DNA from: a virus | Length of the DNA: 40,441 nucleotides | Direction: 5' to 3' (one strand) | IMG/VR virus record: IMGVR_UViG_3300031731_000008 | Coordinates: 1-40,441 of that record | Shown here: positions 8,513 to 15,964 of the stretch, piece after piece | Layout: each line of letters opens with the position of its first letter | How positions within the stretch are numbered: position 1 is the stretch's first letter | Made by a program: the position numbers and the translations under genes | Notes under the pieces: generated by a model | Told to the model about the DNA's origin: nothing | Seen by the model: only the letters and a program-made list of their open reading frames with translations | Databases searched by the model: none

Positions 8513-8778
8513 CGGCCCCGCGTCCTCATCGCACGCCCCCACACCTGGAGCCGCTTCGCCATCCACCCGAGGAGCCTCATCAGCGGGACCTCCCAGATGG
8601 CCCGTAGAGCGTCTAACGCCTCCCCGAGGTCCTGGGATGCCTCGTGGAACGTTCTGGGCCGCTCACGGCCGTCCTGGCACGTGCAGGGGTGCTCTGCGCA
8701 CCGGAGGCCATCCCGCCAGTCGAGGGTCGAGATGTGTGGGCAGTCCCATGCGGGGCAATCCGTGTCGTACGCGCTCAC
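8509..8778 (-). CDS. Cys-rich hypothetical protein (89 aa)
   Basis: GTG start in a GTGA overlap with the terS stop; DCPAWDCPH..LRCAEHPCTCQDG cluster. Confidence 0.6.
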   Translation of the reverse strand: MSAYDTDCPAWDCPHISTLDWRDGLRCAEHPCTCQDGRERPRTFHEASQDLGEALDALRAIWEVPLMRLLGWMAKRLQVWGRAMRTRGR

Positions 8779-9215
8779 GACTCGTCCCCACCGAACACGA
8801 GACGGTCGAGCAGGTTCCCGACCTCCTGGAGGCCCGCGGCCGCCTGCTGGTCGAGGTTGAGGTACTTCGCCCGGCGCTCCATGACCTTCAGCACGAACTC
8901 CCCGGCGCGCACGTCCCCACGGACGGCGCTGGTGAAGTTACCGGCGAGGAGCATGTCGAGGCGTTCCAACTCCAGCGAGCGCACGTCCTCCACGTCCTCA
9001 GCGGGGGCGTTGCGGATGGCCTCACGGACCCAGTTCGAGGCTGTCGCCCCCTGGACGCCGAGCCGGGCTCCGATCATGTCGAACGAGAGGCCCTGCTTGC
9101 GGAGGCGTAGAGCCTCGTTCCGGTTCGATGCACGGTTCGCGCGCTTCATGCTCGCGTTCTGCTGGTGCGGTGTCGGGGCGAGGGCGTCCGGGTCGGGTGT
9201 CTTCTGGTTCTGCAT
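8775..9215 (-). CDS. terS: terminase small subunit (HTH type)
   Basis: 146 aa; NEALRLRKQGLSFDMIGARLGVQGATASNWVREAI HTH plus a helical C-term, as in actinophage small terminases; SD AGGAGG. Confidence 0.6.
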   Translation of the reverse strand: MQNQKTPDPDALAPTPHQQNASMKRANRASNRNEALRLRKQGLSFDMIGARLGVQGATASNWVREAIRNAPAEDVEDVRSLELERLDMLLAGNFTSAVRGDVRAGEFVLKVMERRAKYLNLDQQAAAGLQEVGNLLDRLVFGGDES

Positions 9216-9261
9216 GATGGCCTCCTGGGCTCGTGTTCCCCGTCCTGCGGGGCTGGGCGTG

Positions 9262-9267
9262 AGTCTA
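9262..9267 (-). promoter_or_regulatory. -10-like box GGTAGACT upstream of terS
   Basis: minus strand gagcggTAGACTcacgcc...aggaggccatcATG in the 61-nt gap between 9277 and 9215. Confidence 0.4.
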
Positions 9268-9276
9268 CCGCTCGAA

Positions 9277-9513
9277 CTACCGTCGAATGATGCTCACGCC
9301 GGGCTCAGCGTTGGTCGGCTTCCACCGGACCACGTGCCGGGCATGCTCGGGCTCGTACTCCACGGTCACGTCGAGCCTCCGTGCGGTGGCCTCCTCCAGC
9401 ATGAGCCGCTGGAACTCCTGGAGGAGGTACGCGGGGGCGACGACGAGTTCATAGTCGTGGATGACCGCCTGCCCGCGTTCTCCATCCCCGAGGGCGGTGA
9501 CGGCGCGTGTCAC
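9277..9513 (-). CDS. hypothetical protein (78 aa)
   Basis: track ORF; GTGA coupling to the upstream gene. Confidence 0.6.
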   Translation of the reverse strand: MTRAVTALGDGERGQAVIHDYELVVAPAYLLQEFQRLMLEEATARRLDVTVEYEPEHARHVVRWKPTNAEPGVSIIRR

Positions 9514-9881
9514 GAGAGGCCCGCATCGATCGCGAGGTCCCTGAGCGCCGTGTGGACGTTCTCCGGGGTCACGTGGTCATCCAGGGAGTCGAGGAGCCCG
9601 GTCAGTTCGTCACGGAGCCATGCGGCGGAGACGCTGACGACTTCCCAGGTGCCTTCGCGCTCCAGGATGGCGTCGAGGTCCCCGACCTTACTCGCTGAGT
9701 GCGCGTCCCCGGTGGAGACGAGCCCCTCGGGCTTGTACGTCCAGTCTGCGGCGCAGTCCACGCAGTGATAGCCGACCTCGGCCCACCCGTCGCTGGTGCG
9801 CTCCAGTTCGATGCTCGCGCCTGCGTGGTCCGGGTAGGAGACACGGATGGCCGTGCCCTCGGGGAGTGCGGAGGGATTCAT
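9510..9881 (-). CDS. hypothetical protein (123 aa)
   Basis: internal ATG (MNPSALPEGTAIRV..) in an ATGA overlap with the stop at 9878; the upstream part of track ORF 9510..10226 is wrong-frame. Confidence 0.6.
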   Translation of the reverse strand: MNPSALPEGTAIRVSYPDHAGASIELERTSDGWAEVGYHCVDCAADWTYKPEGLVSTGDAHSASKVGDLDAILEREGTWEVVSVSAAWLRDELTGLLDSLDDHVTPENVHTALRDLAIDAGLS

Positions 9882-10390
9882 CGCTGGTTCCAATCGGGGC
9901 GGAGGGTGTAGACCTCGGCGGGCTGGCCATCCTCGCGGTACACGATCTGGCCGGAGCGGACGGTGGTGAAGACCGCCGGGGTGTCGGTAGGGAGGGACCG
10001 CGCAGAGGCGTCCGGGTCGAGCCAGAGGCCGTGCAGGCCCTTCAGGGCGTCCCGTGTCGGTTCGTCGGTGGTGTGGGAGAGCATCGGCATCGCGTCGAGT
10101 TCGACCATGACGGGCTCGGGGCTCACGGGGCCGACGAGGCGCTTCTGGAATCCGGCACGCCAGCCGAGCGTCTCCTCGGAGCGGGGCACGCGGTCCTGGG
10201 CGGCCGCGGCGAGCGTGGGACGCCATGGCCCGTAGGTGTCCGGTGTGGGCCCGAGGATCGATCCGGGGTAGGAGAACACGGCCCGGTGCTCCTCCGTGAG
10301 GCCGAGAGGGCTCACCACGTGGCGGGGGCAGTCGGGGCGGTGAATGCCGGTGCGGCGGAAGTCGAAGCCGGGGCAGGTGCAGTCGTTCAT
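9878..10390 (-). CDS. hypothetical protein (170 aa) with N-terminal Cys/His cluster
   Basis: MNDCTCPGFDFRRTGIHRPDCPRH; ATGA-type coupling on both sides. Confidence 0.6.
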   Translation of the reverse strand: MNDCTCPGFDFRRTGIHRPDCPRHVVSPLGLTEEHRAVFSYPGSILGPTPDTYGPWRPTLAAAAQDRVPRSEETLGWRAGFQKRLVGPVSPEPVMVELDAMPMLSHTTDEPTRDALKGLHGLWLDPDASARSLPTDTPAVFTTVRSGQIVYREDGQPAEVYTLRPDWNQR

Positions 10391-10851
10391 CGGTACTCCT
10401 CGCAGAGGGTGGCGGGTGCGGCGTCCACGGCGGCGAGGGTGACGCGCCCGGACTCCACGTTGTCGGCAGTGGCGATCACTTCATCTCGGATCGCGTCGAG
10501 CGTGCGCCCCTCATCCAGGTCGCGGCAGGTGACCGCACCGAGGGTCAGGGCGGCCTCCTCCAGGTCATCCGACCACCCGTAGCCGTTCTGAGCGGCGACG
10601 GTGCGGACCTTCTCGATGAACTCCTCCTCAGCGGTGGGCTGGGCGGAGCATCCGGTGACGAGGACGGCGACGGTGAAGATCGCGCCGATGAGGAGCGACC
10701 AGCCGATGATGCGGGGGAGAGTGTGACGCCCGAAGCGGTAGCCGGATACGTTCACGCCACAGAGCCCGCACAGGCCGGTCATCGGCTTCGGGTGCTCACG
10801 GTTCGGGCATTCGGCCGGGGTGAAGATGTAGCCGGGGCGGGGCTTGCTCAT
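10387..10851 (-). CDS. membrane/lipoprotein-like protein, DUF732-like C-terminal domain
   Basis: hydrophobic segment ending in lipobox-like LVTGC; C-term with paired Cys (AVTCRDLDEG...PATLCEEY) resembling DUF732; atypically long Cys-containing N-region. Confidence 0.5.
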   Translation of the reverse strand: MSKPRPGYIFTPAECPNREHPKPMTGLCGLCGVNVSGYRFGRHTLPRIIGWSLLIGAIFTVAVLVTGCSAQPTAEEEFIEKVRTVAAQNGYGWSDDLEEAALTLGAVTCRDLDEGRTLDAIRDEVIATADNVESGRVTLAAVDAAPATLCEEYR

Positions 10852-11210
10852 CGCTCCTCCGTCCAGGTGGCGATCAGCGCACCGACCCCGAGGATGCCGG
10901 AGAGAATGCCGGAGCCCGTCTCGTAGGTGATGCGGGCGTTGATCGGGACATGGGAGAGGGCGGCGGCGGCCTCCGGCGGGGAGGAGAGGGGGACCTTGAC
11001 CGTGCAGGTGACGGTGATGGGCTCCTCGGGACCCTCCTCCGTGGCCGTCTCACCCGAGGCGAGCCGGGGCCGGAGGTAGTCCTGCATCGACTCCGAGTAG
11101 AGGATCGATTCAGCCACGAGGGCCTGATTACCGGTCAGGAGCACGTCACCGAGCGCCGCGGTCAGCGCGGCCTCCAGGTCCTCCGGCGGGGTGATCTTCT
11201 CGTTATCCAT
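10848..11210 (-). CDS. hypothetical protein (120 aa), C-terminal hydrophobic segment
   Basis: track ORF; GILSGILGVGALIATW near the C-term. Confidence 0.6.
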   Translation of the reverse strand: MDNEKITPPEDLEAALTAALGDVLLTGNQALVAESILYSESMQDYLRPRLASGETATEEGPEEPITVTCTVKVPLSSPPEAAAALSHVPINARITYETGSGILSGILGVGALIATWTEER

Positions 11211-11215
11211 GGGGT

Positions 11216-11479
11216 TCAGCCTTTCGCGGTTGCGGTGATGGGGACGTGCGGGCCGTGCTCGTGCTCCAGGACCTCAGCGAGAGGAGCGAGGAGCGCGTGA
11301 CGGGAGTTCCGCTCGAAGCCGGGGAGTATCGCCACGGCGCGGGCGGGGAGGTAGCGGGCCTGGTCAGGGTCCCGGACGAACACCCAGTGACGCCCGAGAC
11401 GGTTCGCCTCGGCGTAGGTGCGAGCCTCACCGAGTCCCCCGGCGAAGATCAGCACGGGAAGGGTCAGCGGGGAGGCCAT
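11216..11479 (-). CDS. hypothetical protein (87 aa)
   Basis: track ORF, good GC3 bias. Confidence 0.55.
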   Translation of the reverse strand: MASPLTLPVLIFAGGLGEARTYAEANRLGRHWVFVRDPDQARYLPARAVAILPGFERNSRHALLAPLAEVLEHEHGPHVPITATAKG

Positions 11480-11724
11480 ACCGGGCCCTCCAATCGGTAG
11501 CGGCCGTCAGGGCCGGGGTGGTGGTCGGGGGAGGAGGCCAGGAACACGGGCGGCTCCGAGGGGCAGACGTACCACGGGCTCGCCGGGTGCTTCCGCTCCA
11601 CCACGTCCCACGGGAAGACTCCCCCCCAGGCCATGTCCTCGGCACGGACCGGCTCGCCGCCGTTCACGCGGTACAGGATGCCCTTCTCGGGGTGCTCCTG
11701 CTGGGCCTTCGCTTTAGTCGCCAT
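11464..11724 (-). CDS. hypothetical protein (86 aa)
   Basis: ATG 11724..11722 (MATKAKAQQEHPEKGILYRV..), overlapping the upstream TAA by 11 nt. Confidence 0.55.
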   Translation of the reverse strand: MATKAKAQQEHPEKGILYRVNGGEPVRAEDMAWGGVFPWDVVERKHPASPWYVCPSEPPVFLASSPDHHPGPDGRYRLEGPVWPPR

Positions 11725-11869
11725 TTCGTGCCGCCGTGACTCGTGCAAGATGGAACCAGGAGACGACCCTGCGGCCGGTCTGAGTGGGGGCGTTGCAGGG
11801 CTCACCGTTCGGGGCCTGACAGTTCGGGCACGTCTGCGCCAGGATCGCGGCGCGCTCCTCGTTCGTCAT
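11714..11869 (-). CDS. small zinc-finger-like protein (51 aa)
   Basis: MTNEERAAILAQTCPNCQAPNGEPCNAPTQTGRRVVSWFHLARVTAARNGD translated by hand; ATGA overlap with the DUF2786-like stop; CxxC-x7-C..H pattern. Confidence 0.5.
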   Translation of the reverse strand: MTNEERAAILAQTCPNCQAPNGEPCNAPTQTGRRVVSWFHLARVTAARNGD

Positions 11870-12597
11870 GCTCCCGCCTCCAGCACCTTGCCGTGGGTGA
11901 GGCCCTTCTCGCCCGTGTTCGCTTCACGCCCGGCGAGGTTCCCGTGGGCCTGCGCAAAGCCGTCCCACCGCTTCTCGCGCTGGGTGCTCTTGCGGAGGTT
12001 CATCCCGTCCACGAACTCATCGACGCGCGTCTTCCGGTCCACGAGCACGAGGTCCGTGCCGCTCCCGGCCTCCTCGATCACCTGGAGCCGATTCGAGTCG
12101 ATGCGGACATAGGCCCCGTGGCCGAAGCCGCGGATGAAGTGGTCACGGGCCCGGCGGCGGTCCCAGTCGGAGCCGAAGCGGTAGCGGGCCGCGTTCGCCC
12201 TCCACCAGACGCGCATGGCGACGAGGGCCTGCACCTGGAGGGAGCGGATGAGGACCTCGGCCTGCTGAACGTCCGACTCGAAGCCGACGATGAACAGGAC
12301 CGAACGGTTACCCACGGATGCGGCGAGGGGACGCATGGAGCCCAGCGCCCAGACGACGTTCGTCCCCATGTCGAGGAGCGCCTCCCGATAGGTGCCGCTG
12401 AAGGACACCTTGACCTCCGTGATGCGCTCGTGACTCTTGCCCTCGCGTGCCCGGCGCTCATCGATCACGGCCTGGTCGATGGCGTACTTGACCATCAGCC
12501 GCTCGGCGTGCTCCGTGAGGGCCTCGGCCTCCTCGGGCGTGGTGCTCTCGGCCTTCGCGAGGAGTTTCGCAATCAGGTCGATCTTCTCTTCAGTCAT
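11866..12597 (-). CDS. DUF2786-like protein
   Basis: 243 aa; N-term KIDLIAKLLAKAESTTPEEAEALTEHAERLM is the DUF2786 signature; first gene behind cassette P5. Confidence 0.7.
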   Translation of the reverse strand: MTEEKIDLIAKLLAKAESTTPEEAEALTEHAERLMVKYAIDQAVIDERRAREGKSHERITEVKVSFSGTYREALLDMGTNVVWALGSMRPLAASVGNRSVLFIVGFESDVQQAEVLIRSLQVQALVAMRVWWRANAARYRFGSDWDRRRARDHFIRGFGHGAYVRIDSNRLQVIEEAGSGTDLVLVDRKTRVDEFVDGMNLRKSTQREKRWDGFAQAHGNLAGREANTGEKGLTHGKVLEAGA

Positions 12598-12660
12598 GGT
12601 GTCGGTCCTTCCGATCCGGGTCCGGGGTCCCTCCCCGTGCGGTAGTTACACTGTAGCACG
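12598..12660 (-). promoter_or_regulatory. conserved early promoter/5'-leader cassette, copy P5 (also the divergent region for the ParB-like gene)
   Basis: minus: CGTGCTACAGTGTAACTACCGCACGGGGAGGGACCCCGGACCCGGATCGGAAGGACCGACACC-ATG. The plus strand of the same box reads TACACT (12647..12652), about 38 nt before ATG 12691. Confidence 0.6.
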
Positions 12661-12690
12661 GATCACGGCCGCTCAGGTACAGTGGTTCAC

Positions 12691-13269
12691 ATGGCAGACT
12701 CCACCCCCCTTGTGCGGGACCTCGGGACCCCGACCGTCGTGCCCATCGGCACCATCAAGCCCGCGAAGAACAACCCCCGACGCATCCCGGCGCGCGCCGT
12801 CGAGATGGTCGCTCACTCCCTCCGCGCGTTCGGCTGGCAACAGCCGATCATCGTGGACCGGGACGGGGTGATCGTCGCCGGGCACACACGGCTCCAGGCG
12901 GCGAAGACGCTCGGGCTGAAGCACGTCCCCGTGATCGCCGCGGACCTCACCCCGGAGGAGGCTCGCGCCTACCGGGTCGCGGACAACCGCACGGCCGACT
13001 TCACGTCGTGGGACTTCCCCGAACTCGCCCGCGAACTGGAGGCCATCGGGGAGGAGTTCGCGGACGTGCTCGGCCTGGCCGACTGGCAGGGCATCATGGA
13101 CGACTTCGAGAACGCCGGGACCTCCGACGACGATGACGCTGTGGCGGCCGCGGGGGGCTCCTCCGGGTTTGACGTGGTGGTCACCTTCGAGACGAAGGAC
13201 GAGGCGCTCGCCGCCTCCGAGGCGCTGTTCGATCTGGGGGCTGTCGATGTTCGTCACAAGCGAGGCTGA
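12691..13269 (+). CDS. ParB-like nuclease domain protein
   Basis: IKPAKNNPRRI..QQPIIVDRDGVIVAGHTRLQAAKTLGLKHVPV..ARAYRVADNR matches the ParB/Srx N-terminal domain; acidic linker; ATG 12691 preferred over GTG 12682. Confidence 0.75.
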   Translation: MADSTPLVRDLGTPTVVPIGTIKPAKNNPRRIPARAVEMVAHSLRAFGWQQPIIVDRDGVIVAGHTRLQAAKTLGLKHVPVIAADLTPEEARAYRVADNRTADFTSWDFPELARELEAIGEEFADVLGLADWQGIMDDFENAGTSDDDDAVAAAGGSSGFDVVVTFETKDEALAASEALFDLGAVDVRHKRG

Positions 13270-14242
13270 CCGTGGGGGGCTCCTCGTCTCCGTCATCACT
13301 GGAGGCCGCCCCCTCCTGAAGCAGAGGACCGTGGGCCGGTTCTTCGAGCAGATGCACGCGGCCGGGGTGGCCGACATTGTGTGGGTCGCGAACGAGCGTC
13401 ACGCCGACGACCTGGAGCCCGACGAGCATGAGGTCGTGACGTACTCCGACGACTGGGCCTACGAGTACGCGAGTGAGCACTGGATGAGCCCTGACACCCC
13501 GCCGGAGCGTGGGGGGTTCTTCGGGGCGTTCCCCGGCCGGGAGGCGGCCGCACGTGAGGCGGAGCGTCGAGGGTGCTGGGGCGTGCTCCAGTTGGATGAC
13601 AATATCGACCGGATCATGTTCGTCCGGGACACGCGCGGCGGCAACAAGGTCATCCAGGACCTCGGCGGCTTCGCGTTCTTCGTGGACATGCTCACGGCCG
13701 TCTCGCGCTCCACGAACGCCCGCACCGTGGGGGCGCAACTCTCCTCCATCCCGGAGCCCGAGTTCAAGATCGCGCGGCCCGGCTTCCCCTACTCGCTGTT
13801 CATCGAGCGCGTCGGGGAGGGACGCGAGGAGTGGTTCGGGCCCTACGAGGACGACATAACGCACAGCCTCCAGTACGGCGACCGCGCCGATGGCTCCACC
13901 GCCGCCATCGTGCCGATGATCCGTTACCACAAGGAGAACACCAGCAAGACGGGCATGCGGGCGAAGTACAACCACGAGCGCTCGAAGATGCTCCAGCGTC
14001 TCCAGCCGCACGTGGCGAAGGTCGGCGTCCGCGCCACGCGCTCGAATGGTCAAGGCGGCGCGCGCGTCTTCCACTCCATGCCTGCCGGTGCGATCCGTAA
14101 CCCGCTCGCCGTGCATGACCACGACCTGTACGGAGCGGCCCGTGAGGCCCTCGTGGCGGCGACGGGGCAGTGGAAGGTGGCTGAGCGTGAGGGGAACCGC
14201 GCGAAGGCGATGGAGCGGGCCGCGAAGGCCGCTGGGAAGTGA
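13247..14242 (+). CDS. hypothetical enzyme-like protein (331 aa), possibly glycosyltransferase-like
   Basis: ATG 13247, overlaps the ParB-like gene by 23 nt. LLVSVITGGRP strand-loop start and LQLDDNI (DxD-like) suggest a GT-A-like fold. Weak, by eye only. Confidence 0.25.
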   Translation: MFVTSEADRGGLLVSVITGGRPLLKQRTVGRFFEQMHAAGVADIVWVANERHADDLEPDEHEVVTYSDDWAYEYASEHWMSPDTPPERGGFFGAFPGREAAAREAERRGCWGVLQLDDNIDRIMFVRDTRGGNKVIQDLGGFAFFVDMLTAVSRSTNARTVGAQLSSIPEPEFKIARPGFPYSLFIERVGEGREEWFGPYEDDITHSLQYGDRADGSTAAIVPMIRYHKENTSKTGMRAKYNHERSKMLQRLQPHVAKVGVRATRSNGQGGARVFHSMPAGAIRNPLAVHDHDLYGAAREALVAATGQWKVAEREGNRAKAMERAAKAAGK

Positions 14243-14245
14243 AGC

Positions 14246-14277
14246 GGCCCCGACCTCGGGGGGATGAGGTCGGGGCC
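14246..14277. terminator. bidirectional hairpin terminator between convergent genes
   Basis: ggccccgacctc / gaggtcggggcc, perfect 12-bp stem, 8-nt loop, between stops at 14242 (+) and 14306 (-). Confidence 0.65.
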
Positions 14278-14305
14278 TACGCGCTGGGGACGCGGTGACG
14301 GGAGT

Positions 14306-14656
14306 CTACGCCCAGAGGACGCCAGCACCCTTGACGATGCGCTCGCGGCCGATCACGTCACCCTGCTCGCCGTTCTCGTACTCCTCGCGAACGTCGTAGG
14401 TCCCCAGGTGGTCGCCGGAGAACGGCCAGGCGTTGCCGTGGCGGGCGTAGTCCTCCTGGAGGTTGTGGGGGCCGGTCCACACGAGGTCGCGGCTCTTGGC
14501 GCACTCACGGGCGCGTGCCCCGGCGGTGCAGTCGTTCGTCTCGTCGGCGTAGACCTCCTCGAACCGGTCCTCGACCGGGACGCTGGGGTCGGCGTTCCAC
14601 TGGGCCGCGCAGACCATCTCGTAGTCGGCCTGGCTCATGTTGTCGTTGCTATTCAT
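14306..14656 (-). CDS. hypothetical protein (116 aa)
   Basis: ATG 14656 (MNSNDNMSQADYEM..) directly behind cassette P4. Confidence 0.65.
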   Translation of the reverse strand: MNSNDNMSQADYEMVCAAQWNADPSVPVEDRFEEVYADETNDCTAGARARECAKSRDLVWTGPHNLQEDYARHGNAWPFSGDHLGTYDVREEYENGEQGDVIGRERIVKGAGVLWA

Positions 14657-14716
14657 GGTCTGGGTCCTTCCCATCGGTGGGGGGCATCTCCCCCGCATAG
14701 GTGACACAGTAGCACA
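14657..14716 (-). promoter_or_regulatory. conserved early promoter/5'-leader cassette, copy P4
   Basis: minus: TGTGCTACTGTGTCACCTATGCGGGGGAGATGCCCCCCACCGATGGGAAGGACCCAGACC-ATG. Confidence 0.6.
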
Positions 14717-14732
14717 CCATGCGGGGGAGTGG

Positions 14733-15167
14733 TTAGCCCAGCCGGACGCCCTCGTAGCGTGGCGGGTTCGCGGGCTCCACGTAGGGGGCGAAGCGCTCCA
14801 GGTGCGCGATCACGACCTCACGGGGTGCGGGCGTCTTCCCTCCCTCGTCGTCGGCCAGCCACCACGTCTGCGAGGGCGCATGCCAGAACGGAATCTCGGT
14901 CGGGTCGTCGTACTTCGAGATTTTCCACCCCATGCGGCGAGCGCGCTCCGCCTCACGGGCGTCCTGCTCCAGCCGGACGTTCAGCATGACCTCCAGGATG
15001 ATCCCGTTCGAGGGGCGCTCTGCGCGTGCGCTCCCGCCCATGCCCTTGTCGAACCGGTGCTGGATGCTGAGGCCTTCGGTGACGCCCGTGGCCGCGCACA
15101 CCGCCCCGTCCCGCTTCGCGATCCTGGCGACCGTGAGTTTCGGGAAGGGGCGGGGGCGTGGAGTCAT
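14733..15167 (-). CDS. HNH endonuclease
   Basis: 144 aa; RDGAVCAATG..LSIQHRFDKGMGGS..PSNGIIL..N pattern typical of actinophage HNH proteins. Confidence 0.6.
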   Translation of the reverse strand: MTPRPRPFPKLTVARIAKRDGAVCAATGVTEGLSIQHRFDKGMGGSARAERPSNGIILEVMLNVRLEQDAREAERARRMGWKISKYDDPTEIPFWHAPSQTWWLADDEGGKTPAPREVVIAHLERFAPYVEPANPPRYEGVRLG

Positions 15168-15913
15168 CGGAGGATGAGCGAGGGCTGGATGAGGGCGCGG
15201 AAGTGTTCCCCGACCTCGGCCATCATCGGGCCCTGCTTGTGCCCGTTCGAGGGGGCTCCGGCGGTGATCTTGAACGGCTGGTACTTCGGCACCGTGGAGA
15301 ACACCTTGCGCAGGTGCTCGGGCATGAGCCCGAACGTCGGCGCGCCCTCCTCCTGCGGCTTCCAGTCGGCCAGGAGTTTCCAGACCGGCGGGTAGGTGGT
15401 GAAGCGTGCCCGGACGAAGACCTGGCGGAAGACCTCCACGTCGCCGTCGTGGACCCCGACCGTCGTGGTGAGCGTGGGGGCCCCTGCCGGGCCCATGGTG
15501 CCCTCGGTGATGGTGACGCGGGAGTACGAGAGCATGTCGCGCGAGACGGTGCTCTGGCGCTCGTTGAGGGTCGCGATCCGGGCGAGCGCGGCGCGTGGAA
15601 TGTAGAACTGCTCGTCCCAGTCGTCGGCTTCATCGTTCTGGGTGTAGCGGACCTCGGCGCGGCGCTCCCAGTCATCGAGCAGGGAGGCATAGCCCCGGAG
15701 GGCCTTCTCGTCCTTCGAGGCCGGTTCCTCCGGGCGCTCCGCGAACGCGAGGTCGTAGTCGCCCACGGTGTAGCGGTCGGTCGCGAGCAGGTGACGCTCA
15801 CGGATCACCGCATGCGTCAGGACGGGCGTCACGTCGTCATTCGAGACGTGGGGGAGGACGGCCGTCGCGGCTTCCTTCGCCGTGAAGAACGGCAGGGATA
15901 TGGTGCGAGTCAC
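15164..15913 (-). CDS. short DnaN (beta sliding clamp)-like protein
   Basis: 249 aa, GTG start. VLTHAVIRERHLLATDRYTV, IPRAALARI, FTTYPPVWKLL and the C-terminal ..ALIQPSLI align by eye to DnaN domain II-III landmarks (ATDGHRL, VPRK, RFPDYRRVL, ..VVMPMRL). Confidence 0.4.
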   Translation of the reverse strand: MTRTISLPFFTAKEAATAVLPHVSNDDVTPVLTHAVIRERHLLATDRYTVGDYDLAFAERPEEPASKDEKALRGYASLLDDWERRAEVRYTQNDEADDWDEQFYIPRAALARIATLNERQSTVSRDMLSYSRVTITEGTMGPAGAPTLTTTVGVHDGDVEVFRQVFVRARFTTYPPVWKLLADWKPQEEGAPTFGLMPEHLRKVFSTVPKYQPFKITAGAPSNGHKQGPMMAEVGEHFRALIQPSLILR

Positions 15914-15964
15914 TGGGGACCCCTTTCGTGGTTGAGGGGGCCCCGGAGGGCCCCCGGTGAGTGG

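Noticed and set aside
14303-14308. Additional TAGACT hexamers at 14308-14303 and 37917-37912 (minus strand) and 3105-3110 (plus strand)
   Set aside because: The first overlaps a stop codon and faces a terminator. The second is inside the chaperone T-domain coding sequence. The third points antisense within the non-coding island. The hexamer count (about 8 by eye) is close to chance expectation, so only copies placed correctly before starts were called.
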